Below the pieces are notes generated by a model, which made no database searches, was not told where the DNA came from, and saw only the letters and a list, made by a program, of their open reading frames with translations. Positions 39,005 to 48,093 of a stretch of DNA of 64,000 nt are shown in pieces (the first letter of the stretch is position 1; each line of letters begins with the position of its first letter). The DNA comes from an uncultured bacterium. Its GTDB lineage: Bacteria; Patescibacteriota; JAHJAL01. The translations under genes and the position numbers were made by a program. The stretch covers positions 75,914-139,913 of the forward strand of contig CALKWM010000013.1 of the NCBI GenBank assembly GCA_938004065.1. The letters run 5' to 3'.

Positions 39005-39988
39005 AGTTATGAAGATATTATTTCAATAGATAATTTGTTGGAGGCCTGGCGGGAATTTTTACGGGGTAAAAGAAAAAGAAAAGATGTAGCCGAGTTTTCA
39101 TTGAACCTGGCTGACAATATTATTTTACTGCATCGCGAGTTGTCTAACCAAACTTATTGCCATGGATCATATCAATCATTCAGAATTAATGATCCCAAGC
39201 CCAGGCAAATTCACAAAGCCAGTGTTCGTGACCGACTGGTGCATCATGCGGTTTATCGCGTTCTATACTCTTATTTTGACTGCAAATTTATCTTCGACTC
39301 CTATTCCTGTCGGCAAAAGAAAGGCACACATCGAGCTATTAACCGATTTCGAGAATTTGGGCGAAAAGTCTATCGCAACCATACTAAAACAGTTTGGGTA
39401 TTGAAGTGTGATATTAAAAAATTCTTTGCCAGCATTGATCAAGTGATTTTACTGGATATATTGAGAAAATACATTTCAGATGAAAAAGTTATGTGGCTAT
39501 TGGGACAGATTATTGACAGTTATTTTGAAAAAGGAAAGAATTTAGTTGGCCTGCCACTTGGTAATTTGACCAGCCAGTTGCTGGTTAATATTTATATGAA
39601 TGAGTTTGATCAATTTGTAAAAAGAGAACTGCGAGCAAAGTATTATATCCGTTATGCGGATGATTTTGTGGTTTTATCGAAGGATAGAAAATATCTGGAA
39701 AATTTATTGCCGACGATAGAAAGAATTTTGGAAGAGAGATTGAAGCTATCTTTACATCCGGAAAAATTATTTATTAAAACGCTCGCTTCTGGGATTGATT
39801 TCCTGGGATGGGTGCATTTTCCCCATCATCGAGTGCTGCGCACAACTACCAAAAGAAGGATGATGAAGAAATTACGCAGCAAAGAGCCAGAGGCTGGCAT
39901 GCTCGAATCATATCTGGGACTACTATTACATGGCAATACGTGGAAGTTAATGAAAAAATTGGATTGTATGTTGAGAGCGAATGAATAG
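38892..39988 (+). CDS. DGR reverse transcriptase, frameshifted at (GA)9 after ATG 38892 (called ORF 39035..39988)
   Basis: KPRQIH, RDRLVHH, DSYSCR-KGTH, KCDIKKFF, GLPLGNLTSQ, YIRYADD, GIDFLG; in-frame FHSYEDIISIDN precedes the called TTG. Confidence 0.92.
38963..38981. repeat. (GA)9G microsatellite in the avd/RT overlap
   Basis: ACGAGAGAGAGAGAGAGAGAGTAA; I saw no other long dinucleotide tract in the window. Confidence 0.95.
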
Positions 39989-40117
39989 CTAGTGAGCGAG
40001 GGTGTGGGGTAATAGTTGGCTCTCTATAAAACAAGTTCTAACATCGTGTATTGCATCCGCCCAAGGCGGACAGGCTGGAGTTTAGTTTTTGAAAGCACGC
40101 TTTGTAGGCGTGTTTTT
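39989..40117 (+). repeat. att-like repeat 4 (right flank of DGR module), interrupted by a GC palindrome
   Basis: CTAGTGAGCGAGGGTGTGGGGTAA...GTTCTAACATCGTGTATTGC[ATCCGCCCAAGGCGGACAGG]CTGGAG + AAAGCACGC..GCGTGTTTT hairpin. Confidence 0.75.
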
Positions 40118-40231
40118 GCTATATGGTATAAAGATTTATGGGAATATCAATGATTATTGCAAGAAATTCTGTTTGCATGTCGTAATAGGTAGTGCATACC
40201 TGTGGGGACTCTTTAGATTATTTCTATTTCA

Positions 40232-41005
40232 ATGCTAAAAGATATCAGAAAATTTAATCGGTTTGAGTTGAAATATGTGATTACACTTGATCAGTTGGAG
40301 CGATTGCGAAATATCGTGACCGATTTTGCTGTGCCCGATCAGCGGGGGAATAAAGAGGGTAAATACGTTATTTCCAGTTTGTATTACGACGGTGATGATT
40401 ATCGGTTTTATTGGGAAAAGGTGGAGGGTTTGAAATTCCGGCGCAAATTGCGTATCAGGCATTATGAGACGGATAAAAAATTGGGACCTAATTCAAAGGT
40501 TTTTGTGGAGATCAAGCAGAGAGTGGATCGAGTTACTCAAAAACGACGAGTGGCGATGAAGTACAAAGAAGCGTTGCAGTTGTGTGACGGGCGGGAGATT
40601 CCGGGTGGTTTTGAGAATGATCCGGTGGTGGAGGAGATATATTCGATGCTGCAAATTTATGACCTCAAGCCCAAAGCCATTACCAGTTATTGGCGACAGG
40701 CGTTTGTCGGGCATGATTATGATATGGGTTTAAGGGTGACGTTTGATACTGATTTACGTTACCGGGTGGATGATCTGGATTTGGCGTCGAAGAAGATTGG
40801 TGATTTTTTGATTTCACCGAAGTTGGCGGTGTTGGAGATAAAGGTGAATGAGCGCGTGCCGTATTGGATAACAGAAGTGGTGGCCAGTCAGAATGTTCGA
40901 CTGGTGAGAATCAGTAAATATTGCCAGGTGATTGAGATGGCGGGGTTGGTTCCTAAAAATCAATATTATATAAATTATTTGAATTCATTAGTTAGGAGTA
41001 ATTAG
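40232..41005 (+). CDS. VTC domain (polyphosphate polymerase-like) protein
   Basis: RFELKY, SLYYD, KLRIRHY, EIK, RVTFD, LEIK, SKYC. Confidence 0.9.
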   Translation: MLKDIRKFNRFELKYVITLDQLERLRNIVTDFAVPDQRGNKEGKYVISSLYYDGDDYRFYWEKVEGLKFRRKLRIRHYETDKKLGPNSKVFVEIKQRVDRVTQKRRVAMKYKEALQLCDGREIPGGFENDPVVEEIYSMLQIYDLKPKAITSYWRQAFVGHDYDMGLRVTFDTDLRYRVDDLDLASKKIGDFLISPKLAVLEIKVNERVPYWITEVVASQNVRLVRISKYCQVIEMAGLVPKNQYYINYLNSLVRSN

Positions 41006-41007
41006 TT

Positions 41008-41700
41008 ATGGACCAGTTAATGGAAATCTTAAATTTTCAGGATTTGACCGGGACTTTTTCGGTGACGGATGTTGTTTTGTCACTGGTGTTAAGTTTTGTA
41101 CTCACATCTTTTATCGGTTGGCTGTATCAGAAGACGCATAAGGGAACATCATATACTCAGAGTTATGTGCATACGCTGGTGCTGATGGGAATGGTAGTGA
41201 GTATTATTATGTTGATCGTGGGATCGAATATTGCCCGGGCGTTTTCGCTGGTGGGAGCGCTGTCGATAATTCGTTTTCGTAATGCGGTTAAAGAAACTCG
41301 GGATGTCGGTTTTATCTTTTTTGCGATGGCGATTGGGATGGCAACAGGAACCAAGTTTTATCTGCTGGCGGTGATTGCGACAGTGATTATCAGTCTGGTG
41401 ATATTGCTAATGAATCGATTTGACTGGTTTTCGCGAAGGATGAGTGGCCAGATATTAAAAATTCAGTTAAATAATGATGAAGATTATGAAACTATTTTTA
41501 ATGATGTGTTTGTAAAATATACAGATGTGGCTGAGTTAATCAGTGCTGATTCGGTGCGGTCAGGATTGTTGACGGAATTGGTGTATAACGCGACGTTGAA
41601 AAAGGGAGTAAAAAAACAGGAATTTGTTTCGGAGATTAGGAAGCTAAATGGAAATTTGAAGGTGACATTATTGACCGGATATAATTCAATGGATTTGTAA
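41008..41700 (+). CDS. DUF4956 membrane protein
   Basis: IGSN-like VGSNIARAFSLVGALSIIRFRNAVK signature; usual VTC partner. Confidence 0.9.
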   Translation: MDQLMEILNFQDLTGTFSVTDVVLSLVLSFVLTSFIGWLYQKTHKGTSYTQSYVHTLVLMGMVVSIIMLIVGSNIARAFSLVGALSIIRFRNAVKETRDVGFIFFAMAIGMATGTKFYLLAVIATVIISLVILLMNRFDWFSRRMSGQILKIQLNNDEDYETIFNDVFVKYTDVAELISADSVRSGLLTELVYNATLKKGVKKQEFVSEIRKLNGNLKVTLLTGYNSMDL

Positions 41701-41701
41701 T

Positions 41702-43333
41702 ATGAATTTGAACTGGCGACGAAATTATTGGATAGTTCTAGCTCTGCTGAGTGTGGTGGGGCTATTGTTGCTAATGGGTGACTATCGGATAATTTCGTAT
41801 AACTGGCTGGTGGAGAAGGAAGATGAGGAGTTGGTTGGCAATAATTATGATAATACTGTGTACTTATTTGATGACTCGCAGGTGCATGATATTGAGATCG
41901 CGATCAGTGATGAGAATTATGATAAGATGATAGCGACATATCAGGAAACGGGCGAGAAGGATTATTTTCCGGCTGATGTGGTAATAGATGGGGTGACGAT
42001 AGAGAATGTCGGGGTGAGGTTAAAAGGGAATATGACCTTGAGAACTGTATTGGGAGAAGGTGGTGGCGAGGCGGAATTTGGTCCCGGTGGAGGAATGGGT
42101 CAGGATGGTCCGTCCGGTGGTTTTGGTGGTAGAGGAGAAAGGCCCGATTTACCTGATGGCATGGAAATGCCGGAAGGTATGAATTTTCCCGGGGGTGGTG
42201 ATGGAGAAGGTGATATGTCTTTACCGGTGGGAATGGGTATGCAGATGGAAATGACGGAAGAGTTACAGGATCGTTTGCCGATGTTGGTGAGGTTTGATGA
42301 ATATGTGGCCGGGCAAACCTATCAGGGTTTGAGCGAGATAGCACTGCGAATTGCGACGGGAGATGATGCTTTTAGTTTGTTGAATGAGCAGGTGGCTTAT
42401 GGAGCGCATAAGGTGGTTGGACAGATAGTGCCGGAGACTGCTTATGTAGCAGTACAAGTTGATGGTCAGGAGCAGTATGTATATGTGGTATCAGAAGTGA
42501 TAAATGAGGAATATGTTGAAAAACATTTTGGGGGTGATGGAGTTTTGTATAAAGCGGACAATTTTGTAGGATTTGATTATCTGGGAGATGATCCGACTTT
42601 GTATGTCGAAAAATATGAGCAGAAGACTATGATAAATGACTATGATCTGAAATATTTGATTGAGTTTTTGAAGTTTGTGGATCAGTCGAGTGATGAGGAG
42701 TTTGAGTCACAGTTGTCTGGCTGGCTGGATATAGATTTGTTGATGCGGATGTTGGCACTGGATGAGTTACTGACCAACAATGATTCATTCGGTGGAATGG
42801 GCAGTAATTATTATTTGTATTATGATCTTGATGAGGAAAAATTTTATTTTTTGAGTTGGGATATGAATCTGGCAATGGGTAATATGGGGGGTGGTGGACA
42901 AGGAATGCCGGGACAGATGGGATTTGATCGGGGTGAATTTGGTGACTTAGGAGAGGGGATGGGTGAAGAAGGTTTATTGCCGGAAGGATTTGAGTCGCCA
43001 GAAGGTTTTAACGGAGCCGAAGGATTTGGACCGGGTGGAAGGCAAGGATCAAACAAACTGAAAGAAAGATTTATGGCCAATGAAAAATATAAGCAGATGT
43101 ATGACGAAGTTTATGAAAGTCTGAAGAAAATGTTATTTGATGGGGGTTATCTGGAAAAACGAGCTGATTATTTGTCAGGAGTGTTTTTGGATTGGAATGA
43201 ATACACTGGATTAATGAATGAAGAAGATTATATCAATGGACTGGAGACGCTGAAGGATTTTATTGCTAATGGTCCCAAAAATGAGAGTTTTGGAGATGGA
43301 GTTGAGGCGGTAGATGAATTTCCAGCAAACTAG
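41702..43333 (+). CDS. CotH kinase family protein with Gly/Met-rich insertions
   Basis: VGVRLKGN, LYKA, NNDS...NYYLY...WDMNLA. Confidence 0.85.
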   Translation: MNLNWRRNYWIVLALLSVVGLLLLMGDYRIISYNWLVEKEDEELVGNNYDNTVYLFDDSQVHDIEIAISDENYDKMIATYQETGEKDYFPADVVIDGVTIENVGVRLKGNMTLRTVLGEGGGEAEFGPGGGMGQDGPSGGFGGRGERPDLPDGMEMPEGMNFPGGGDGEGDMSLPVGMGMQMEMTEELQDRLPMLVRFDEYVAGQTYQGLSEIALRIATGDDAFSLLNEQVAYGAHKVVGQIVPETAYVAVQVDGQEQYVYVVSEVINEEYVEKHFGGDGVLYKADNFVGFDYLGDDPTLYVEKYEQKTMINDYDLKYLIEFLKFVDQSSDEEFESQLSGWLDIDLLMRMLALDELLTNNDSFGGMGSNYYLYYDLDEEKFYFLSWDMNLAMGNMGGGGQGMPGQMGFDRGEFGDLGEGMGEEGLLPEGFESPEGFNGAEGFGPGGRQGSNKLKERFMANEKYKQMYDEVYESLKKMLFDGGYLEKRADYLSGVFLDWNEYTGLMNEEDYINGLETLKDFIANGPKNESFGDGVEAVDEFPAN

Positions 43334-43415
43334 TGAGGAGGGGTGTGGGGTAACTAGCATGTAACCACTAAAGCGGTTCGAACTAAAGTGTCCACCGAAT
43401 CGGCGGATGCATGGA
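43330..43415 (+). repeat. att-like repeat 5 (degenerate, palindrome-interrupted)
   Basis: CTAGTGAGGAGGGGTGTGGGGTAACTAG...TAAAGCGGTTCGAACTAAAGTG[TCCACCGAATCGGCGGA]TGCATGGA. Confidence 0.65.
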
Positions 43416-43539
43416 TTATTTAGATGAGAGGAACCGAGCTTTACTCTCGTAGTTCGCTACTCTCATTGTTCCCCTTTGTTAAGGAATAAAAAAAGACCAA
43501 ATGAATGGTTATTTATGAAAAATCAATGTATCTAGTTGT

Positions 43540-43758
43540 TTATTTTGATTTGCGTAGGTTGAAAATTAACATTATCCAAATGATTATATTGATCGAGCCA
43601 TAAATATATGTTTGTTGATAGCTTCTAGGACCAGCGCAATCTGCACAAAAACTGCAACTTGGAATGCATAGATTAGAAATTATTTGATATGAGTCAAAAC
43701 ATAAGTAAAGAGTAATTATGGCAAGAGCAAGTAGGATGATGGAAAATATGTATTTCAT
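43540..43758 (-). CDS. small Cys-rich membrane protein
   Basis: Two TMs flanking CIPSCSFCADC. Confidence 0.5.
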   Translation of the reverse strand: MKYIFSIILLALAIITLYLCFDSYQIISNLCIPSCSFCADCAGPRSYQQTYIYGSINIIIWIMLIFNLRKSK

Positions 43759-43890
43759 TAATACTAGTTTTGTAATTTATTTCTGTATTTTTATTATATG
43801 ATATTTTTAAGAAAAATATTGTTGTGTACTAAATTAACAAATGTGTTATGATTGATTAAGGAAAGATATTTTATTTGATTTTTGTAAAAA

Positions 43891-44373
43891 GTGAGGGAAG
43901 TTATGAATTTTGAAAGTGTAAATTTTGGACCAAAGACCTATCTGGGTATTCGAAAGATATTAACTTTTGAAGAGATGAAAGATGGGAAAAATTATGAGTA
44001 TGCGTTTGGAAAAGTGATGGGGTATTTAGGGGAAAAAGGCATGGTACCGGTAGGTCCGCCGGTTAGCATTTATTTTTCCTGGGATGAAGTGAACCAGAAA
44101 ACGGAAATGGGGATCGGATTTCCTGTTGAAGGTTTGACAGAGGTTGAGGATGGGGAATTGGTGTTAATGCCGATTGAGGAAAGCAAAGCGGTCAAGGTGT
44201 TGCACGTTGGTGATTATATGAAGTTAAAAGATACGCATGATGCGTTGATGAAATATCTACAGGAGAACAATTTGGAATTTGATAAATATGCGATCGAGGA
44301 ATATTTGACGGATGCCAACAGAGAACCGGACGTGTCAAAATGGATGACAAATGTTTACTATACAGTGAAGTGA
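43891..44373 (+). CDS. GyrI-like small-molecule binding protein
   Basis: GPPVSIY, HVGDY, EEYLTD...TNVYY. Confidence 0.85.
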   Translation: MREVMNFESVNFGPKTYLGIRKILTFEEMKDGKNYEYAFGKVMGYLGEKGMVPVGPPVSIYFSWDEVNQKTEMGIGFPVEGLTEVEDGELVLMPIEESKAVKVLHVGDYMKLKDTHDALMKYLQENNLEFDKYAIEEYLTDANREPDVSKWMTNVYYTVK

Positions 44374-44555
44374 TTTTTTTAAATATTTGTTAGAGAGTTA
44401 AAAAAAGTCTTGCCGGATCAAGGTGAGACTTTTTTGAAAAATATTTTGTTTTTTACTAAAAATATGAAGAGTGAATTTTTTATAGTATTAGTTTTTATTT
44501 GTTATAGTTAAATTATAGCAATGGTGATTGTATGGATATAATTTAAATTTAATGA

Positions 44556-45146
44556 ATGAATAGATTTTTTAGCAAGAATCGAATTGAGGCATTGACGGAT
44601 GGGATATTTGCGATTGCTATGACGATTTTGGTACTAAATATCGATGTGTCGAAAATTTCCGAGATGGTGTCGCGAGGTGGTTTGGATAGTGCTTTGTGGG
44701 AGATGTTTCCGATTTTTTACAGTTATTTTTTGGGTTTTTTTCTGCTGGCGATTTTGTGGCTTTCTCAAAACAAACAATATTTGCATGTAAAAAAAGTTGA
44801 TGCAAATTATCTTTGGATAAATTTATTAGGATTGATGTTGATTTCGCTGATACCTTTTTCGACATCATTGATAAGTGAGTATGGCGATGAATTGGTAGCG
44901 GCGATTTTTTTTCATGCAAATTTGATGTTGGCGGGATTGGTTTATGCATGGTCGTGGGTTTATATTTCCGGTAAAAAGGAATTACAAGTTGAAAAAATTA
45001 GTCCCAATCTATATAAAAATGCGTTGTATAGAAATCTTTTGTTGCCAGTGGTGGCTATGATAGCGATCGGTTTGGTTTTTTTATCACCGGATTGGAGCTC
45101 GATTATGTATTTGTTGATACCGGTCGCAAAAAGGTATATAAAATAA
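44556..45146 (+). CDS. TMEM175 family potassium channel
   Basis: RIEALTDGIFAIAMTILVL signature. Confidence 0.9.
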   Translation: MNRFFSKNRIEALTDGIFAIAMTILVLNIDVSKISEMVSRGGLDSALWEMFPIFYSYFLGFFLLAILWLSQNKQYLHVKKVDANYLWINLLGLMLISLIPFSTSLISEYGDELVAAIFFHANLMLAGLVYAWSWVYISGKKELQVEKISPNLYKNALYRNLLLPVVAMIAIGLVFLSPDWSSIMYLLIPVAKRYIK

Positions 45147-45202
45147 AATTTTTTTAATGAGTGAGATGTTTCGTTATGTTTTGGTAAATTAATGAATAAA
45201 TT

Positions 45203-45883
45203 ATGAAAAATTATATATTTGCCGGAGTAGTGGTATTTGGTGTGGCATTGTTCGTTTGGTGGTTTTTAAGTGATTATAATTCAACTGGTATGCCAGATAG
45301 TGAGCCGATGGATATGTCAGTACCGGCACAAGTTATAGATACCAATAGTGGCACATTGACGCGGTCGGATATGATGGATAAAAAAGATGAGCCAATTGAT
45401 CGTTCGGCTGAAAGGGTGACAAAAAAACCATTTGGTATTTTAGTTACACCGGCAACATCCCCGGTGCAACCGGAAAAATTTAGTGGGTATCATACCGGAG
45501 TGGATTTTGAGGTGTTTGAAGATGAAATCAATGAATTTGTAAATGTTAAGGCCATATGTGACGGAAGAGTATTGGCCAAAGAATGGGTGGGAGGATATGG
45601 CGGGGTGGTAGTAACAAGTTGTTTGTTGGATGGGGAACAGGTGACGGTTTTGTACGGTCATTTGAATTTGGAAAGTGAAGGTGTAAATGTTTGGGATCAA
45701 ATTTCGGCCGGTGATGAAGTGGGGACTTTGGGTAGTGCTTTTAGCGAACAAACAGATGGCGAGCGGAAACATTTGCATTTAGGAATTCATCGTGGTGAGA
45801 TGGTGGTTTATACCGGTTATGTTGACCAGGAATCCAAGTTATCCGATTGGATTGATCCTTGCAGGTTATTGTGTGGTGAATAA
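45203..45883 (+). CDS. M23 family peptidase
   Basis: HTGVD, YGHL, HLHLG, IDP; N-terminal TM. Confidence 0.9.
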   Translation: MKNYIFAGVVVFGVALFVWWFLSDYNSTGMPDSEPMDMSVPAQVIDTNSGTLTRSDMMDKKDEPIDRSAERVTKKPFGILVTPATSPVQPEKFSGYHTGVDFEVFEDEINEFVNVKAICDGRVLAKEWVGGYGGVVVTSCLLDGEQVTVLYGHLNLESEGVNVWDQISAGDEVGTLGSAFSEQTDGERKHLHLGIHRGEMVVYTGYVDQESKLSDWIDPCRLLCGE

Positions 45884-46072
45884 ATTTTGAATGATTTTGT
45901 CAGGATTGCGGTGGTTAAAAAGAAGAAAAAAGTATTTAAAAAACGAAATTTGTAATGATGTTTATATATGAAAAATGATAGGCAAAAATGTTTCATAAAA
46001 AAAAGTATTGCAACATATCCCATAATGTGCTACAATTGGTTTGTAATGGGAAATATCCAATAACTAACAATC

Positions 46073-46351
46073 ATGGGCAGACCAAGAAAATTTCGTCGCA
46101 TTCGTTTTCGAGCCAAATCTAATTATTTCAAGCCACAAGGGATACCAATGTGGATGTTGGAAGAAGTGATAATGGAAAAAGATGAAATGGAGGTTGTGAG
46201 ATTGTGTGATTTAAATGGTGATAACATGATTGAAGCGGCTGACAAAATGGGGCTTTCAAAATCGACAGTTCATCGAATTTTGGCTTCCGCTCATGGCAAG
46301 ATTGCCGAAGCATTGATCAAAGGCAAGGCAATCAATATTGGTCGAGAGTGA
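46073..46351 (+). CDS. DUF134 HTH protein
   Basis: MGRPRKFR, YFKPQG, AADKMGLSKST...AHGKIAEAL. Confidence 0.9.
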   Translation: MGRPRKFRRIRFRAKSNYFKPQGIPMWMLEEVIMEKDEMEVVRLCDLNGDNMIEAADKMGLSKSTVHRILASAHGKIAEALIKGKAINIGRE

Positions 46352-46395
46352 TATTTCCTAAGAATATTTATTAGTAATTATTAAGAGGTGTTATT

Positions 46396-46620
46396 ATGCC
46401 AAATATGGATGGAACCGGACCAAATGGAGCTGGTCCGATGACTGGACGAGGAATGGGTCCGTGTGGACAAGGCAGAGGTATGGGCAGGGGTCGAAGAATG
46501 GGTCGTGGTAGAGGAAATTGCGGTGTGATGCCATATCAGCCGACCAAGGAAGAGTACAAGAAAATGCTAAAGGAAGAGATCGAAGATTTGCAGAATGAAT
46601 TGAAGGAATTGGATAATTAA
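46396..46620 (+). CDS. DUF5320 family protein
   Basis: MPNMDGTGPNGAGPMTGRGMGPC. Confidence 0.85.
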   Translation: MPNMDGTGPNGAGPMTGRGMGPCGQGRGMGRGRRMGRGRGNCGVMPYQPTKEEYKKMLKEEIEDLQNELKELDN

Positions 46621-46676
46621 TACAGAAAAAAATGATCGCTTGGAAAGCTATTCAAGCGATCATTTTCTGGTCATAA

Positions 46677-47771
46677 TTGTTAACGTTTAAAAATATTTGC
46701 TTGAAAAGTGAAAAATACATGAAAGAAAAAATTGCAATATGGGCGATAGTGGTCAATGTTGTTTTGGCGGGTTTGAAATTGGGGGTTGGATGGTGGATCG
46801 GGGCCGGTTCGATCATGGCCGATGGCTGGCATTCTCTGACGGATGTTTTTTCATCGTTTGTCGGTTTTGCCGGAATAGAAATTGCCAAGAAACCAAAGGA
46901 TAAAAAATATCCATATGGATATTTTAAATATGAGGTATTGGCGGGATTGATAATAGTGGTTATTTTGTTGATAACTGGCTTGGGAATTATTTATGAAGGT
47001 TGGAACAATATTTTTGAGGGAAAGCAATTGGAAATAAATTATTGGGGATTGGGGGTGATGTTTTTTTCCGCTTCAATTAACGAAATTATGGCTAGATTGA
47101 AAATTTATTATGGAAAGAGGGAAAATTCGGTGGCTTTGATCTCCGATGGTGTTCATAGTCGCGTGGATGTTTATTCTTCACTGATTATTTTTGTCGGTTT
47201 ATTTTTCGTTTCATATTGGCAGTATTTGGATTCATTGTTAACCATTTTGGTAGGTTTATATGTAATTTATGAGTCATATAAATTGACGAGAGAATCTTTG
47301 GGATCGCTGACCGATGCATCAGCGGGAGAAGAAATGAATAAAAAAGTCGAAGCAATTTTAAAGAAGAATAATATTAATTTTTCCGAGATAATTACTCAGA
47401 TAAAAGGACCGGTGGTGTCGGCTAACATAACGATAAAAATTGAAAAGGGTAAAAGTGTGGCGGAGGGGACAAAAGTATCCGATAATTTAAAAAATGTACT
47501 TTTAAAAGAGATTGAAGAATTGGAATATGTGGCGATACAGATTGAAAATCGGGAAGAAACTTTTAATTATTATCAATCAAATGATATTTTTGAAGATAAG
47601 CGGATTATTGGCTGGGAAGGGCGGTGTTTTATGAGTAGAAAAACAAAGGATAAAAATTTTGGATTATGTGAATGTATCCAATGTGGCAATACTATTAAGC
47701 ATTTACCCGGCGCGCCATGTCAAAACAATGTATGTGAAAAATGTGGCGCGACTATGCGTAGAAAACAATAA
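46677..47771 (+). CDS. cation diffusion facilitator transporter with C-terminal Cys-rich Zn-ribbon
   Basis: ADGWHSLTD, YPYGY, DGVHSRVD; tail CECIQCG...H..G.PC....CEKCG; start likely 46719. Confidence 0.9.
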   Translation: MLTFKNICLKSEKYMKEKIAIWAIVVNVVLAGLKLGVGWWIGAGSIMADGWHSLTDVFSSFVGFAGIEIAKKPKDKKYPYGYFKYEVLAGLIIVVILLITGLGIIYEGWNNIFEGKQLEINYWGLGVMFFSASINEIMARLKIYYGKRENSVALISDGVHSRVDVYSSLIIFVGLFFVSYWQYLDSLLTILVGLYVIYESYKLTRESLGSLTDASAGEEMNKKVEAILKKNNINFSEIITQIKGPVVSANITIKIEKGKSVAEGTKVSDNLKNVLLKEIEELEYVAIQIENREETFNYYQSNDIFEDKRIIGWEGRCFMSRKTKDKNFGLCECIQCGNTIKHLPGAPCQNNVCEKCGATMRRKQ

Positions 47772-47787
47772 TTTTTTTTTAAAATTA

Positions 47788-47817
47788 TTGACACCCCTAG
47801 GGGGTGTATGATAGATT
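47788..47817 (+). promoter_or_regulatory. promoter with CsoR/RcnR-type operator
   Basis: TTGACA -35 overlapping the palindrome ACACCCC-TAG-GGGGTGT (47791-47807), just upstream of the CsoR-like gene. Confidence 0.75.
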
Positions 47818-47850
47818 TGAGGAAGTTAGTAATATTTTTTAATAATAGCC

Positions 47851-48093
47851 ATGAAAAATAATGAACAAAGGATAAACAATATTATCGGTCAGATGGAAGG
47901 GATAAAAAATATGTTGAGTACAAAACAAGATTGTGCGGCGGTTATCACTCAACTGAAAGCAGTCAAATCCGCACTGTCATCTTTGACGGCCAAGGTGGTT
48001 GGTGAAAATGTAGAAAGTTGCGTGAAAGGATTGGATAAAAAGGGGCGAGAAAAAATCAGCAATTTGATAAATGAATTAAGCAAGATAGAATAA
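47851..48093 (+). CDS. CsoR/RcnR family metal/sulfur-sensing repressor
   Basis: RINNIIGQMEGIKNM...DCAAVITQLKAVKSAL...SC. Confidence 0.88.
   Translation: MKNNEQRINNIIGQMEGIKNMLSTKQDCAAVITQLKAVKSALSSLTAKVVGENVESCVKGLDKKGREKISNLINELSKIE

Larger units (their letters stand above)
17850..43415. mobile_element. composite genomic island at tRNA-Asn with five att-like repeats
   Basis: Integrase overlapping tRNA 3' end; CGGAG/GGAG core recurring at the end of a conserved ~70-bp motif; accessory cargo. Right boundary uncertain. Confidence 0.7.

Noticed and set aside
39035-39988. RT as group II intron or retron
   Set aside because: Short RT without maturase or endonuclease domain; the TR/VR pair and Avd identify a DGR
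28308-43415. Dispersed repeats as a CRISPR array or integron attC sites
   Set aside because: Spacing is 1-6 kb with no cas genes; no tyrosine integron integrase or RYYYAAC/GTTRRRY inverted-core structure was seen
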